Assembly (NCBI RefSeq): GCF_006345805.1
Contig: NC_043003.1
Span: 29,574,001-29,638,000, forward strand
Source: Octopus sinensis
Lineage: Eukaryota
Length of the DNA: 64,000 nucleotides
Direction: 5' to 3'
Every line of letters begins with the position of its first letter. Position 1 is the stretch's first letter. Positions 1-12,779 of this stretch are shown in pieces. Both the position numbers and the translations under genes were made by a program. The notes beneath the pieces were generated by a model. It saw only the letters and a program-made list of their open reading frames with translations, was not told the DNA's origin and did not search any database.

Positions 1-440
1 TTATTCTTTCTTTCTTTGTCCTTAATTTATATTAGGCCCCCTCATTGCTTCCCACTGCTCTAAAACCACTATAATGAAATATCACCTACACTCCATTCCA
101 ACCTACCTAAGAACTAGTCTCACAAACTCCTATCTCACCTGGATCGCTGACCTTAGATATATTACACACTATCAAGAACTATATTCTTAACCTCAACAAC
201 CAACTTTGTTGGTCATTCTCCCATTTCATAGTCGGCCTCAACAGACTTCAGCCACATCCCTGCTGTATCCTTGGGATATTCTTTTGTTTGTAAAATTACG
301 TTCCATCTGATGATTACAGTTTTTTTGTAATGAAGCAATGTTCTCATTCTTCTATTAAAAAGATACATAAGAAATAACTGTAATGCACTGACAATTATCC
401 ATGGAAAGTTATTATTCATTTGATTATATATATATATATG

Positions 441-484
<44 letters not shown>

Positions 485-573
485 GGAGAATTCACAAAAA
501 AAACAAAAGACAAAGACAGGTGGCATAGACAACAAACAGATGTACTAGTATAATGCTCGGGAAGTGAAAAAGT

Positions 574-609
574 CTTTAACGTTTCGAGCCTACGCTCTTC
601 CACAGAAAG
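574..609 (-). ncRNA. Minimal type-I hammerhead ribozyme motif, family B
   Basis: Minus strand reads CUUU-CUGUGGA-A-GAGC(GUAG)GCUC-GAA-ACGU-U-AAAG: stem I CUUU/AAAG, 4-bp stem II, palindromic ACGU stem III; core has U at position 6. Lies in a repeat at about 482-660 related to those at 25.3 and 32.2 kb. Confidence 0.75.
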
Positions 610-799
610 GAACACAGAAAGAAACAAGGAGAGAAAATATAGAATGTATAGTGGCTACTGATCTATCATTTTGAAAGGACAATCCTTCCTGAAATGTAGG
701 ACTCCACATCAATAGCAGGGGTTTGGTTTTAACATATTTTTTTTCATTTATAACTTCTCAGTCAACATGCTTGTACTTGTGAGAATGCCTTCTCTTCAA

Positions 800-1585
800 T
801 TTTCTTTACATCCTGTCACAATTTTACCATTCTTTGACACTCCTCTGCAACTATTTCAGGGTTAAACTTTGGTCCACTTCTTCAAGCTTTGTGAGAACTC
901 TTGCACATATCTCTGCATTTTTGTTTGCTATAAGCCCTTGTATAAAAATGAGGCACTTAAACATATCCAGGGTTAGTTCCTTCAGTTTAAACCTTTTGCA
1001 CATTTGGTTTACAGTCCTGGCATACGTGATAAAGTCTTCATCTTTTTTAACTAGATTCCAACACTCCCACCAAGTGTTAAATAGGAAACTCTTACCACTG
1101 AATATTTTGGATACTAGTTCAACTGTTTCTTGGAAACAAATTTCACTAGTTTTTTTGCTTAGCATGAAATTTCAGTACTTTTCATGTTCAGCTGGCACTA
1201 ATTTATGTAATAATAGTTTTACTTTTTTGTTGTCCATCCACAACTTGCAATCTTCCCTGAAGATTCTTCATACCTTCTAAAGTATGCTGCAAATATTATA
1301 ATCTCCTCTGAGTCATAACTGAATTCTCTTACAGAGTTCAATAACACCGTCTGACAAAAATGAGCTTATAGTCTTTCCAAACTTCTTAAGTCATAGCTTC
1401 AGTAACTGTTATTGTTTTTCTTGTTGCTGAAGCAGTTGTTTCTGAAGCACCTGTTGCTGTTCTTGCTGCTGTTTTTACAACTGTATTATAGAAGCTAATA
1501 GGTCTTCTACCATTAACAACTTTGTATCAAAAAAATTTGTTAACTGAACTGCATGAGCTTCAAATCCTCGCCAATATTGTAACAT
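800..1585 (-). mobile_element. Ty3/Gypsy (K02A2.6-like) LTR retrotransposon gag remnant
   Basis: ORF 851-1165 (FSGKSFLFNTWWECWNL...FKCLIFIQGL...EICARVLTKLE) and upstream KKVKLLLHKL/YFRRYE fragments resemble invertebrate Gypsy gag; Q-rich N-terminal tract at 1420-1480; PBS-like TTGGCGAGG after ...TTACA at about 1565-1582 (minus). Stops and frameshifts present. Confidence 0.7.
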
Positions 1586-1628
1586 GGTTACTCATTGCCA
1601 ATTATTGTAGCATTGCCACTATAAACGA

Positions 1629-1678
<50 letters not shown>

Positions 1679-2974
1679 GCATATAAACTTATAAACATCT
1701 ACTTATCGAAATGGAAAAATTATCATAAAAATCAGTTCTATTCATTTTTTTTAAATACACACACACACTCACACACACACACACTCACACACACATATAA
1801 ACAGCTAGGTTTCATACTTAATGCATATACACTGTTGACAGGAAAGTTACTTCTGTTTTTGTCCAAGATAAAATCTCTTACAAACATATTGTATTTAAAA
1901 ACACAATGCACATCAAAGGGAGAAGAGTTATTATCCCTGCAGTTGCTAGCAAGATCACCAGAGTGGCTTTGTCGATAATGTGTACTTACAGCCAGCCACA
2001 TGCCTACATGAGATTCTTCACATCTGGTATGGAAATATCAAATAATACATTCACTGGAATTGACATCCCTAGGTATATAGGTTCAATAATTCCATTAGAT
2101 ATTTCCAAATGTGTTCTTTGCCTGAGGCTGTGGAAACATGATAAAAGTGGTGTTTTTTATATGGCTAGAGGTGTATACACTGACAAAATTACAATAACTA
2201 ATTACACTACTAATTACTATGGAATAAGGCAAGAAATTTTAGTAGACGTTAGTTACACCAACCCCAGTGCTTGACTGGTATTTTTTTTTATCTATACCAC
2301 AAAAATGAAAGGCCTAGGCAAGATTTGAACTCAGAACATAAAGAGCTAAAACAAATGCCATTAAGCATTTTGTCTTATATGCAAACAACTCTACAAACTT
2401 GCTGTCATGCAATGCCTAGATAATGAATGCTAATCTTCTAATCATTTAAGTGCAAAATTAAATTGCCTTGTTATTTCTATGATGATGTTAAGTATCTGCC
2501 AAAATATAGAATTGGTATTTTCTGGAAGTCATATAGCCTCATAATAAACATGATATACTTCAACAATTGTTTCAAACATGACATTCCTCAACAAAAGATA
2601 GATAGGTATATGAAACTGTTTTCTACAGTTAAAATAATGAAATTTTGAGTGGATATATCTGATTTCTCCTGTGAAAAACCAACGGTATCTAATAATCTTG
2701 CACAACACTATTTTTCATGTTCTGAAGAAAGTTTATGGTGATGTTGAGATGCAAGCTCAGCTTGCACCATCCTCTGCATATGTTTGTGTGTGTGTATTAT
2801 TTTGTACTAAAATAACAACTTTATTCACTTTTTTCTAATCTTACATGAAAATATGTCTGGTCTTGAGGAAATATTAACTTTCTCAGAAACAAATGAGAGA
2901 TGGTCAAAGGAAAAGCATCCAGTCATAGAAAACCTGTCTTGATAGATTCCATCTGACCCATACAAGCATGTGTT

Positions 2975-2986
2975 AGTAGTAGTAGT

Positions 2987-3071
<85 letters not shown>

Positions 3072-3135
3072 ACAGCAGCGGCAGCAGCAGCAGCAGCAGT
3101 GGTGTGGTGGTGGCGGTGGCAACAGTAGAAGTAGT
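2975..3135. repeat. (TAG)n/(CAG)n trinucleotide microsatellite
   Basis: Visible perfect tracts. Confidence 0.95.
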
Positions 3136-3499
3136 AGTCATCTCACTACCACAGCCAATAGCAATTGTCACCATTTCCAGCGCCACATTAGCCAATACTG
3201 CAACCACAACTACTCCTCTTCCCCCTCTACTACCACCACCATGGCAACTCCACCACTATCATTATCCCCATAGCTATACCACCATTACCACTGTCATCAC
3301 CTACTACTGCTACTACACCATTTTTTATTTTACTACCACCGACACTACTGTCACCAACATCAACCACCCCTATCACACCATTTTGCCAAATTGCCACTGT
3401 ACTGCTATATTACTACTATAACTACCCTATACCATCATCACTCATACAACTAGCATTGTCTTCAATACCACTACCAACCCACCACAACAATCAACAACA

Positions 3500-4020
3500 A
3501 CCCCCTAATCCAGTACCATCATCGCCACCGCCACCACCACTACTACCACCAATACCACCACTACCACTACTACCATCAACACCATCAACACCAACAATAC
3601 CAAAAATACACACAAACTACCACCAACACCACTAATGCCACCAATACCACCACCATTTACACCACCATCACCAATAATACATGCAAAACACCACCAACAC
3701 TACCATTACCACCAACACCACCAATACCACCAACACCACCAACACCACCATTACCACACACATCACCACCATTACCACCAACATCATCACCATTACCACC
3801 AACAACAACACTCATACCACCACCAACATCACGACCACCATCCTCAATACCTTCTTCTCCACCACTACCACTGCAAACCCATCCCAATCGCCAACTCCTC
3901 ACACCACCAACCCACCTCCACATCAAACCTACCACAATCAACCCACTAACCCTACCACCATCAGCAATACCACCTCTTCTCCTCCTACTACTGTCACAAC
4001 TACCACCACCACTAACACCA
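3500..4020. repeat. Degenerate (CAC/CAA/ACC)n low-complexity tract
   Basis: Visible; explains the spurious H/T/G-rich ORFs. Confidence 0.9.
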
Positions 4021-4562
4021 CCCTCACCTGCCAGTTCTTGGGACAAAGCAATGTCTGTAGTGTCAGATCTTGGCTCAGTTCTAAGAATCTCTCCACCGTT
4101 CATTTCCAGCCAAACACAACAAACCATTCTCTTAAGAGTGTAACTATGGTAACAGTGAATCCTATTTCTATTTGAATAAGTATAATGAAGTTTTTCTTAT
4201 AAGATATACACATTTATAATATATAAACAGACATACATTGTTAAACACACACACACACATATATATATATTCATATATATATATGTATATATATATATAC
4301 CTCGTTCAGAGATTTATTATTGCTTACACACACACACATATACATATACATGTATGTATGTATGTATGTATGTATGCATGCATGCATGTGTGTATGTATT
4401 GTATGTATACACACATGCATACATTTATAAATAGGGAGAGGTGGGGGAGAAGGGGAAGGGAGATGTGAATGTGCCTGCGTGGGTGTAGGTGTGTGTATAT
4501 ATACTGTTAATTAATCATATAATTAAACACACACACACACATACATACATACATACACACAC

Positions 4563-4593
<31 letters not shown>

Positions 4594-5129
4594 TACATAT
4601 ATGTACATCAGTAAACATACATACACATGCATGCACACGTGTTTTACATATCTGCATATATACGTGTGTGTGTGTGTGTGTGTGTGGTGTGATACTGACA
4701 GTACCTACGGAAACTGAAAAACATGTCCACGACAGTCCTGTTCTCCTTAGACAATAAGCCTGTTCCTTTCCTTAATGGCATATCAGCTTTGGAGGATTAT
4801 CGAATCTTGTGCTTGTCTTCCATCTTCATATGCAGCTGGTCCCAGTTGCCATTTGGCAATTGTAATACCTCCTCCATAGATGAAAATAATTTTGATAAAT
4901 CAAAATTTTTAGGTATTTGATATATTTTGTCTATGTTGTTCATACATATGCCACTAGTCATTCTTAAGTCAGTTCTCTTAGCTCATTTTTCTTTTATCTT
5001 TATATAAATGTGTGTGTGTGTGTGTGTCTAACTGATGATGATGGCAGTCTCTCATTGTCTGAGAAAGATGATCCTGCAACTTCTTGCTGAATAAACCTTT
5101 ACAAATGATTTGTTTATAGTGATCAAATA

Positions 5130-5338
5130 ATTGTGATGTACATTAGCTCACTTCCTCCATCAAATCAAAGTTGCCTGGGCAGGCACATGGTGTACAACAC
5201 ATTAGGTGTTGAAATAATTGCAGAGCAACATGAGATTAAGTGTTTTATTCAAGAACACACAGCACCACCTGGTCCAGAAACTGAAATCATGATTTTGCAC
5301 TCATGAGAGCAACAACCTAACCACTAGGCCATATGCCC
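5130..5338 (-). mobile_element. Decayed tRNA-derived SINE (related to 9300-9592)
   Basis: Minus-strand head TGGCCTAGTGGTTAGG (A-box-like), then TGTGTTCTTGAATAAAACACTT similar to the 9.5 kb copy. Confidence 0.55.
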
Positions 5339-5600
5339 TCTGTCTATGCATATACAGAGACACACATACACATACACAAATATATATATGCACTTCTGGT
5401 TAGCATATCTAACAATTCATCAGTATTGCTAGGTGCAATAGAAGCCTTTGGTGACATGAGCATCCAGCCAGCATGTCTGAAGAGTTGCCATTATTGCCAA
5501 GTGGAATAGCTGGTATGAAATTTTTGATAACATTTTGACCAGTTATATGATATAAACAGGAATATACTGCTTGGTAGTATATATATATATATATATATAT

Positions 5601-6910
5601 AATGCCGATGACCTAGCTCTCATAGCAGAATCACTACCGGAACTAGAAGAGAAATTTCGGGTGTGGAAGCAAGGGTTGGAATCAAAGGGCCTTAGAATAA
5701 ATGTAGCAAAGACCAAAGTATTAGTAAGCAACAAGAGGTACTCAGCACACATCCCCTCGGGTAGGTGGCCCTGCTCAACCTGTAGGAAAGGTACAGGTAG
5801 AAACTCCATAAGATGCACCCAATGTAAGTTATGGACACATAAGAGGTGCAGCAACATTAAAGGGAAATTAACAGATAAGATAGCTTTCATGTGCGGCAGA
5901 TGCACAGGGACAATAGACACAACAGACACTCAGAAAACAGATTCCATCACACTCCAGGGAGAGAAACTAGAAGTAGTTGATAGTTTCCGCTACCTGGGTG
6001 ACCAAGTTAGTAGCGGAGGTGGATGCACAGAGAGTATCACCACTAGAATACGAATAGCCTGGGCAAAGTTCAGAAAGCTCCTACCCCTACTGGCAACAAA
6101 AGGTCTCTCCTCAGAGCAAAGGTAGATTGTATGATGCATGTGTGCGAACTGCCATGCTTCATGGTAATGAAACATGGGCTGTGACTGCAGAAGACATGCG
6201 TAGACTTGAAAGAAATGAAGCTAGCATGATCCGCTGGATGTTGAGTGTCAGTGTGCACGCAAAACAGAGTGTAAGTATCCTGAGAGAAATGCTGGATATA
6301 AGAAGCATCAGATGTGGTGTGCAAGAGCGACGCTTGCGATGGTATGGTCATGTGCTGCGGATGGATGAAGAGAGATGTGTGAAGAAGTGCCACTCCCAAC
6401 AGTTGAAGGTATCAGGGGGAGAGGTAGACCAGGAAGACATGGGATGAAGTGGTCAAGCATGACCTCAGAACATTGGGCCTCACTGAGGCAATGGCGAAGG
6501 ACCGAGATCTCTGGAGATATGCTGTGACTACAAAGACCCGGGCTGCTTTCTGCAGCAATTCCACATACCCCCTACCCATTCTAAGTACCCCGGATCCCCA
6601 AAGTACCCTGGATCCCCAAAGTACCCCGATCCCCAAAGTACCCCGGACCTCGTTGCCCCCGTGCCGCTGACACGTTAAAATGCTCGAACCGATCGTGACG
6701 ATGCCGGACCCTCCGGCCTCTGTGCAGGTGGCACGTAAAAAGCACCCATCCACTCACGGAGTGGTTGCGTTAGAAGGGCATCCAGCCGTAGAAACTCTGC
6801 CAGATTCAGACTGGAGCCTGGAGCGGCCCCTGGCTTCCAGACCCGGTCGAACCGTCCAACCCGTGCTAGCGCGGAAAGCGGACGTTAAACGATGATGATG
6901 ATGATGATGA
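5601..6910 (+). mobile_element. 5'-truncated RTE-clade LINE (copy 1)
   Basis: ADDLALIAESL (YADD motif), KTK, C4HC3 finger, FRYLG, LYDACVRTAMLHG, LRWYGHV; frameshift near 6110; 3' UTR ending GGACGTTAAAC(GAT)n. Confidence 0.93.
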
Positions 6911-6917
6911 TATACAT

Positions 6918-7135
6918 TACAGTTCTATATTTAAGAGATGAAGAATTATGTACATTATTTACATTCGATGGATATTTGTCCTCATCTTGTTTGTTGTTAA
7001 CACAACATTTCGGCTGATATACCCTCCAGCCTTCATCAGGTGTCTTGGGGAAATTTTGAACCTGGGTTCTCATTCCTAAGGTATTTTTCAATGTTGTTAT
7101 TATTATTATTATCATTATTATTATTATTATTATTA
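6918..7135 (-). mobile_element. Family A hammerhead-bearing short element (left arm of inverted pair)
   Basis: Near-identical reverse complement of 7168-7340 and similar to 32356-32579. Confidence 0.85.
6999..7044 (-). ncRNA. Minimal type-I hammerhead motif, family A
   Basis: GACAC-CUGAUGA-A-GGCUG(GAGGGUAUAU)CAGCC-GAA-AUGU-U-GUGUU; canonical core, 5-bp stems I and II; stem III ACGU changed to AUGU. Confidence 0.85.
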
Positions 7136-7340
7136 AGATTCCGAGTTCAATTCCAGGCAGTGACCTGAATAATAATAATAATAACAACAACAATATCGAA
7201 AAATACCTTAAGAATGAGAACCCAGGTTCAAAATTTCTCCAAGACACCTGATGAAGGCTGGAGGGTATATCAGCCGAAACGTTTTAACAACAAACAAGAT
7301 GAGGACAAATATCCGTCAACTCTAAATAATGTAAATAATG
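7136..7340 (+). mobile_element. Family A element with truncated tRNA-like head (right arm)
   Basis: B-box-like GAGTTCAATTCC at 7143-7154, (AAT)n, body, then hammerhead core CTGATGA...GAAACGT. Confidence 0.85.
7243..7288 (+). ncRNA. Hammerhead motif, family A (3' strand of stem I damaged)
   Basis: GACAC-CUGAUGA-A-GGCUG...CAGCC-GAA-ACGU-U; the GUG of the 3' stem I strand is deleted relative to the other two copies. Confidence 0.75.
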
Positions 7341-7346
7341 TGTGTA

Positions 7347-9059
7347 TCATCATCATCATCATCATCATCGTTTAACGTCCGTTCTCCATGCTAGCATGGG
7401 TTGGACGGTTCGACCAGGGATCTGGGAAGCCAGAAGGCTGCACCAGGCTCCAGTCTTATCTGGCAATGTTTCTACAGCTTGATGCCCTTCCTAACGCCAA
7501 ACACTCCGTGAGTGTAGTGGGTGCTTTTTACGTGCCACCTGCACAGGTGCCAGGCGAGGCTGGCAACGGCCACGGTCGGATTGGTGTATTTTACGTGCCA
7601 CCGGCACGGAAGCCAGTTGAGGCGGCGCTGGCATCGGCCACGAGTCGGATAGTGCTTTTTACGTACCACCAGACCAGGGATACTGGCTGGTTCAATTCGA
7701 TTTCGATTTCGCTTGCCCCAACATGTCTTCGCAAGCAAAGGGGGTTGGCATGGGTGCCTGTCGTCGGATGAGGTTCCATATCGACTTTGCTTGCCTCAAC
7801 AGGTCTTTGTGTCCAAGGGAGGAAAGGCATGCATAAGTGGGCTGGGCTCACTTGTCCTGCCTGGTCTTCTCACGTACAGCATATTTCCAAAGGTCTCGGT
7901 CGCTGGTCATTTCCTCAGTGAGGCCTAAAGTTCGAAGGTCGTGCTTCACCACCTCGTCCCAGGTTTTTCTGGGTCTACCTCTTCCACGGGTTCCCTCAAC
8001 TGCTAGGGATTGGCACTTTCTCACACACCTATCTTCATCCATTCTCGCCACATGACCATACCAGCGCAATCGTCTCTCTGCACACCCAAACTGATGCTTC
8101 TTAGGTACAACATTTCTCTCAAGGTACTAACGCTCTGTCGAGTATGTACACTGACATTACACATCCATCGGAGCATACTGGCTTCATTCCTCACGAGCTT
8201 ACGCATGTCCTCAGCAGTCACGGCCCATGTTTCACTGCCATGTAGCATGGCTGTTCGTACACATGCATCATACAGTCTGCCTTTTACTCTGAGCGAGAGG
8301 CCTTTAGTCACCAGCAGAGGTAAGAGCTCCCTAAACTTTGCCCAGGCTATTCTTATTCTAGCAGTTATGCTTTCAGCGCACCCACCCCCACTACTGACTT
8401 GGTCACCCAGATAACGGAAGCTATCAACTACTTCTAGTTTCTCCCCCTGGAAAGTGACGGAAGTTGTTTTCTGCAGATTTTCGGAGGTTAATGCTCCCGA
8501 GCATCTGCCACATACAAAAACTATCTTCCCAGTTAGCCTACCTTTGACATTGCTGCACCTCTTATGTGTCCATAGCTTACACTGGGTACATCTTATAGAG
8601 TTTCTACATACACCTTTTCTACAGATCAAGCAGGGCCATCTTCCTGGAGACATTTGTGGATTGTCTACCTTCCTACTTATTAGTACTTTGGTTTTAGCTA
8701 GGTTGACTCTAAGGCCCCTCGATTCTAAACCCTCCTTCCACACCTGGAACTTCTCCTCCAGTTCTGATAGTGACTCAGCAATTAGAGCAAGGTCGTCAGC
8801 ATAGAGGAGCTCCCAGGGGCAACCTGTCTTGAATTCCTCCGTAATTGCCTGGAGGACTATGATAAATAGGAGGGGGCTGAGTACTGAACCCTGGTGGACC
8901 CCAACCTCTACTTTGAATTTTTCTGTGTACATGTTGCCAACCCTAAGCTTACTTACGGCATCTCTGTACATGGCTTGCACAGCCCTCACCAGCCATTCAT
9001 CTATCCCTAGTTTCCTCATTGACCACCAGATAAGGGATCGGGGGACCCTGTCAAAGGCA
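7347..9059 (-). mobile_element. 5'-truncated RTE-clade LINE (copy 2)
   Basis: AFDRVPR, VHQGSVLSPLLF, LLYADDLALIAES, C4HC3 finger, FRYLG, RWYGHV, GRGRPRKTW; 3' UTR with (GAT)n tail at 7347-7369; frameshift near 8050. Confidence 0.95.
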
Positions 9060-9299
9060 GATATATATATACAGTTCAATTCAAGCCAAGCAAGTTGAAA
9101 GACTCTGAATGTAGCTGCACAGAAAATTATGCCCACTTGCATATGTGACTGCACATATTCTGTGCAGTGGTAACATGTATAGGCCATCATAACCATAAAA
9201 ATATGCTGTATGACACTGTAAGAAAAGAGGAATTAAATTTTGAGGATGTACTGATCTCCATATTCTCTATTGTTATAATTATTGCTATATATATACATA

Positions 9300-9592
9300 A
9301 AGGGGTAAAGACCCCCTTCGGTCATGAATGACCATGGGATTGCACCTAGAAAGTTACCATCCTAGACACAAGTCCGGGCAAGGTTGTTTATGGAAGACCA
9401 GCAGTCGCCCATGCATACCAGCCTCCCCTCTCCACGCCACCAGTGTTATCCAAGGGAAAGACAAAGGTCAATAGGGCTTGGCACCAGTGACGTCGCAACT
9501 CATTTCTACAGCTGAGTGAACTGGAGCAACGTGAAATAAAGTGCCTTACTCAAGAACACAACACGCAGCCCGGTCCGGGATTCGAGCTCACC
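9300..9592 (-). mobile_element. tRNA-derived SINE, 5'-truncated
   Basis: Minus strand GAGCTCGAATCC (B-box-like) followed by TGTGTTCTTGAGTAAGGCACTT and a GC-rich tail ending GGGGGTCTTTACCCCTTT. Confidence 0.6.
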
Positions 9593-10224
9593 ATTTACTG
9601 GAAAACTTTAAAGTCTAAATAATTTCAAACTAAAATACATAAAATACATAATATACATAAATTAATTAATTTATTTATTTTATAAACATCTAAGTCTAAT
9701 CTTATTCTAATTACATAATTAGAATAAGATTAAATAAGCACAAGATTATATAATGCATATTACATAATATACATTATATAATCTCGTGCTAATTTATACG
9801 CATTATACTACTACAAGTTATAACTACAACGATTATTAACAAAAAATAGGGTTTATATATATACAAATTAGCTAAACTTATATAAGTAATTTAACTTATG
9901 TCTGTATTTAATTTTTCGCTCATCTAGGAAGTTAATAGATTTAGTTGATCAAATCAACCCAGTACTAATTCATTTTAAGTCTACTTATTTTTTTGATGAC
10001 TTTTTTTTTACTGAATTACTAATTTATAGGGAAGTAACCAAACCAACACTTATTATCAAATTAGGTTTGGGAAGGATAAACACAAAGATACTCACACACT
10101 TACATGTATGTATGCATGTATGTATGTATATATATACATCTATCAATCTATCTATCTAAATACATACATATATATATATATCTATAATATATAACAAGTA
10201 TCTATCTATCTAAATACATGTATA

Positions 10225-10290
<66 letters not shown>

Positions 10291-10324
10291 CAGTGAAGTT
10301 GTAAGGTACCGCATGAGTGGACTC

Positions 10325-10509
10325 ATATATGAAAGAAGGTTTGAAAATGCAGTTTTAAAAAAGATGTTTATTCACTTGACCAGTTTCACTTTTTTAGAAA
10401 AAGATTGTCAAAAGTAACATGTAAAAGCTTTGTTGTGTTGGTACTGGTTGTCACAAAATATTACAATACATATATACATTCTTTGATAATAATAAGAACA
10501 TGTTAAAAA

Positions 10510-10569
<60 letters not shown>

Positions 10570-10740
10570 CTTATTATTATCAAAGAATGTATATATGTAT
10601 TGTAATATTTTGTGACAACCAGTACCTAACACAACAAAGCTTTTATATGTTACTTTTGACAATCTTTTTCTAAAAAAGTGAAGCCAGTCAAGTGAATAAA
10701 CATCTTTTAAAATTGCATTTTCAAACCTTCTTTTATATAT
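10325..10740. repeat. Inverted repeat, about 170-bp arms around a (TTA)n spacer
   Basis: 10325-10497 is the near-perfect reverse complement of 10569-10740. Confidence 0.9.
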
Positions 10741-10750
10741 ATATATATAT

Positions 10751-10915
10751 ATCATCATCATCATCATCATCATCGTTTAACGTCCGCTTTCCATGCCAGC
10801 ATGGGTTGGACGGTTCAACTGGGGTCTGGCAAGCCGAAGGCTGCACCAGGCCAGTCAGATCTGGCAGTGTTTCTACAGCTGGATGCCCTTCCTAACGCCA
10901 ACCACTCGAGAGTGT
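10751..10915 (-). mobile_element. Solo RTE 3' tail
   Basis: (CAT)n-GTTTAACGTCCGCTTTCCATG...GGATGCCCTTCCTAACGCCAACCACT matches the 3' UTRs of copies 1 and 2. Confidence 0.85.
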
Positions 10916-10919
10916 ATAT

Positions 10920-11002
<83 letters not shown>

Positions 11003-11394
11003 GTATGTATGTATGTATGTATGTATGTATCTATGTATGTATCTATGTATGTATCTATGTATGTATGTATGTATGTATGTATGTATATACGTTTATGAAT
11101 TTGTGTTGCAAGATTCCTGATGTGAAGTTGTGTGTTGAAACAAATATTGTATTTCGAGATGGTAATTTTTTTTTTATTTTTGCCAAATAAGCACACACAC
11201 TATATATTCGTTCTTCACTCATTTATTACTGTTCTTATTCTAACTCATGTCTATTGTCCAGAAATCTTTCATCACACATCTGTGACCTCCTCAGCAACAT
11301 TTTCCGTCTTTGTGTGTGCTCTTACTCTGCTTATTCCATTCTGTTCTTCTAAGATGTGCATCCTTATATGTGCATGCAGCTGTGTGTGTGTGTG

Positions 11395-12300
11395 TGTCCA
11401 GATCCTTCACTCTCATTATGCCAAACTCAGGGCCTCTAATTACCTTGTTCACAAGAACACAGCCACGGCTGACAAAGCCAAGTTTAATATTGTTATAACT
11501 GACTTGGTGAGAGTGATGAGGAATGTGTCTCACATATGTAACCCTATGGAATTGGAAAGACACATACAACACTTCATCCACCGCATGCAGTTCTCTGGCT
11601 ACAACCAAAGGTACAGGATTAGAGTGTTAAAGTGTACAAAGGAGCCAGGGGTAAGTACAAAGCCATCATAGAGAGTGATGCAAAGAAGGTCAGCCCAATA
11701 TACAGGAGTAAATCATGGAACAGCACAGAAAGGACCAGAATAAAAGATAGATGAGGCCAATTCATGGTATGACAACAAAAAATACCAGTGCCATGTCTGT
11801 TGATGCTACTCCTGACAGTGAACTAACATAACATTTTAGAAAAACACTAGATAAGGCCAATTTAAGGATTAAAGTAGTAGAAAGGCCAGGTGCCCCTATA
11901 AAATCCCTGTAGAGCTTATCACTTCAATAGGTCCCCATGTACAGAGAACAATTGTATTGATTGTAGGATGAACCCACAGATTAAGTGTAAGATTCAGAAT
12001 ATAGTATATAGCTTATGATGTACTGAGGGATGGTGTAGAAGCATGACAACTACTTATATTGGAGAGACAGCATGCAGCACAGGAGAGTGTATAGGTGAAC
12101 ACTGGTGAGAACTCAAAGACAAGAAAGGCTCATCAGTACTCTACCAACATGCTCAAGCAGTACATAGAGGCTCAGTCAATAGCATAGAAGTCAAAGTATT
12201 ATCAACGCATAGAAGTGACATGACACTTAGACAGATCACAGAGGCTACACACATAGCAATAGACAGACTGAACCTCTGAAGAAAACACAACTGGAACAAT
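11395..12300 (+). mobile_element. Decayed Penelope-like element: RT thumb plus GIY-YIG endonuclease
   Basis: ILHSHYAKLRASNYLVHKNTA...HIQHFIHRMQFSGY (PLE RT thumb-like), then KIQNIVYSL*CTEGWC...TTYIGETACSTGECIGEHW and RQITEATHI (GIY-YIG pattern VY..C..C..YIGET..EH, catalytic E); many stops. Confidence 0.8.
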
Positions 12301-12779
12301 AACACCCACCAGTACACCACACAACATGACAACTAAAGACTAAAGACTGAAGGGAGAAAAAGAAAAAAAGAAATTGATGTAAACAGCATAATATACATAC
12401 AATAGACATATATGCACATATCTATGATAAATATTGAAAAATTAGAGACATTAAGAAAAAAACTGTATAAAGGGCACGGATACAAACAACATAGGCAGTA
12501 AACCCATATACACACACAATTACACATACAGTAACTTCACAGATGACTGCAACAATATCAACAACATGACTAACAACAATGGCAACAACAACAACAACAA
12601 TATCTACTGCAATGGTAGAAGTGTGGGCAAACACACAAACACAGTTACAAGAACAGTATGTGAAGTTGGGTTCAAGGGCAGCAGCAGCAGGAATGGGGTA
12701 GTGGATGGGGCCAAGGAGAAGGTCATATATATATACATATATATACATATATACATACATATATATATATATATGTGTA

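Noticed and set aside
213-482. Minus-strand ORF as an RTE C-terminal remnant
   Set aside because: Only vague resemblance, and it starts in (TA)n.
1906-2274. 122-aa ORF as a host exon
   Set aside because: No recognisable domain, no convincing splice sites, and its end runs into a SINE.
2923-4175. Poly-L, poly-H, poly-T and poly-G ORFs
   Set aside because: They are translations of trinucleotide microsatellites; the same applies to the many YI, VC and HT repeat ORFs across the window.
4700-4975. Unique-looking segment, open on plus and protein-like on minus
   Set aside because: The minus frame has an internal stop, the plus frame has a weak acceptor and no CABIT similarity; unresolved without RNA-seq.
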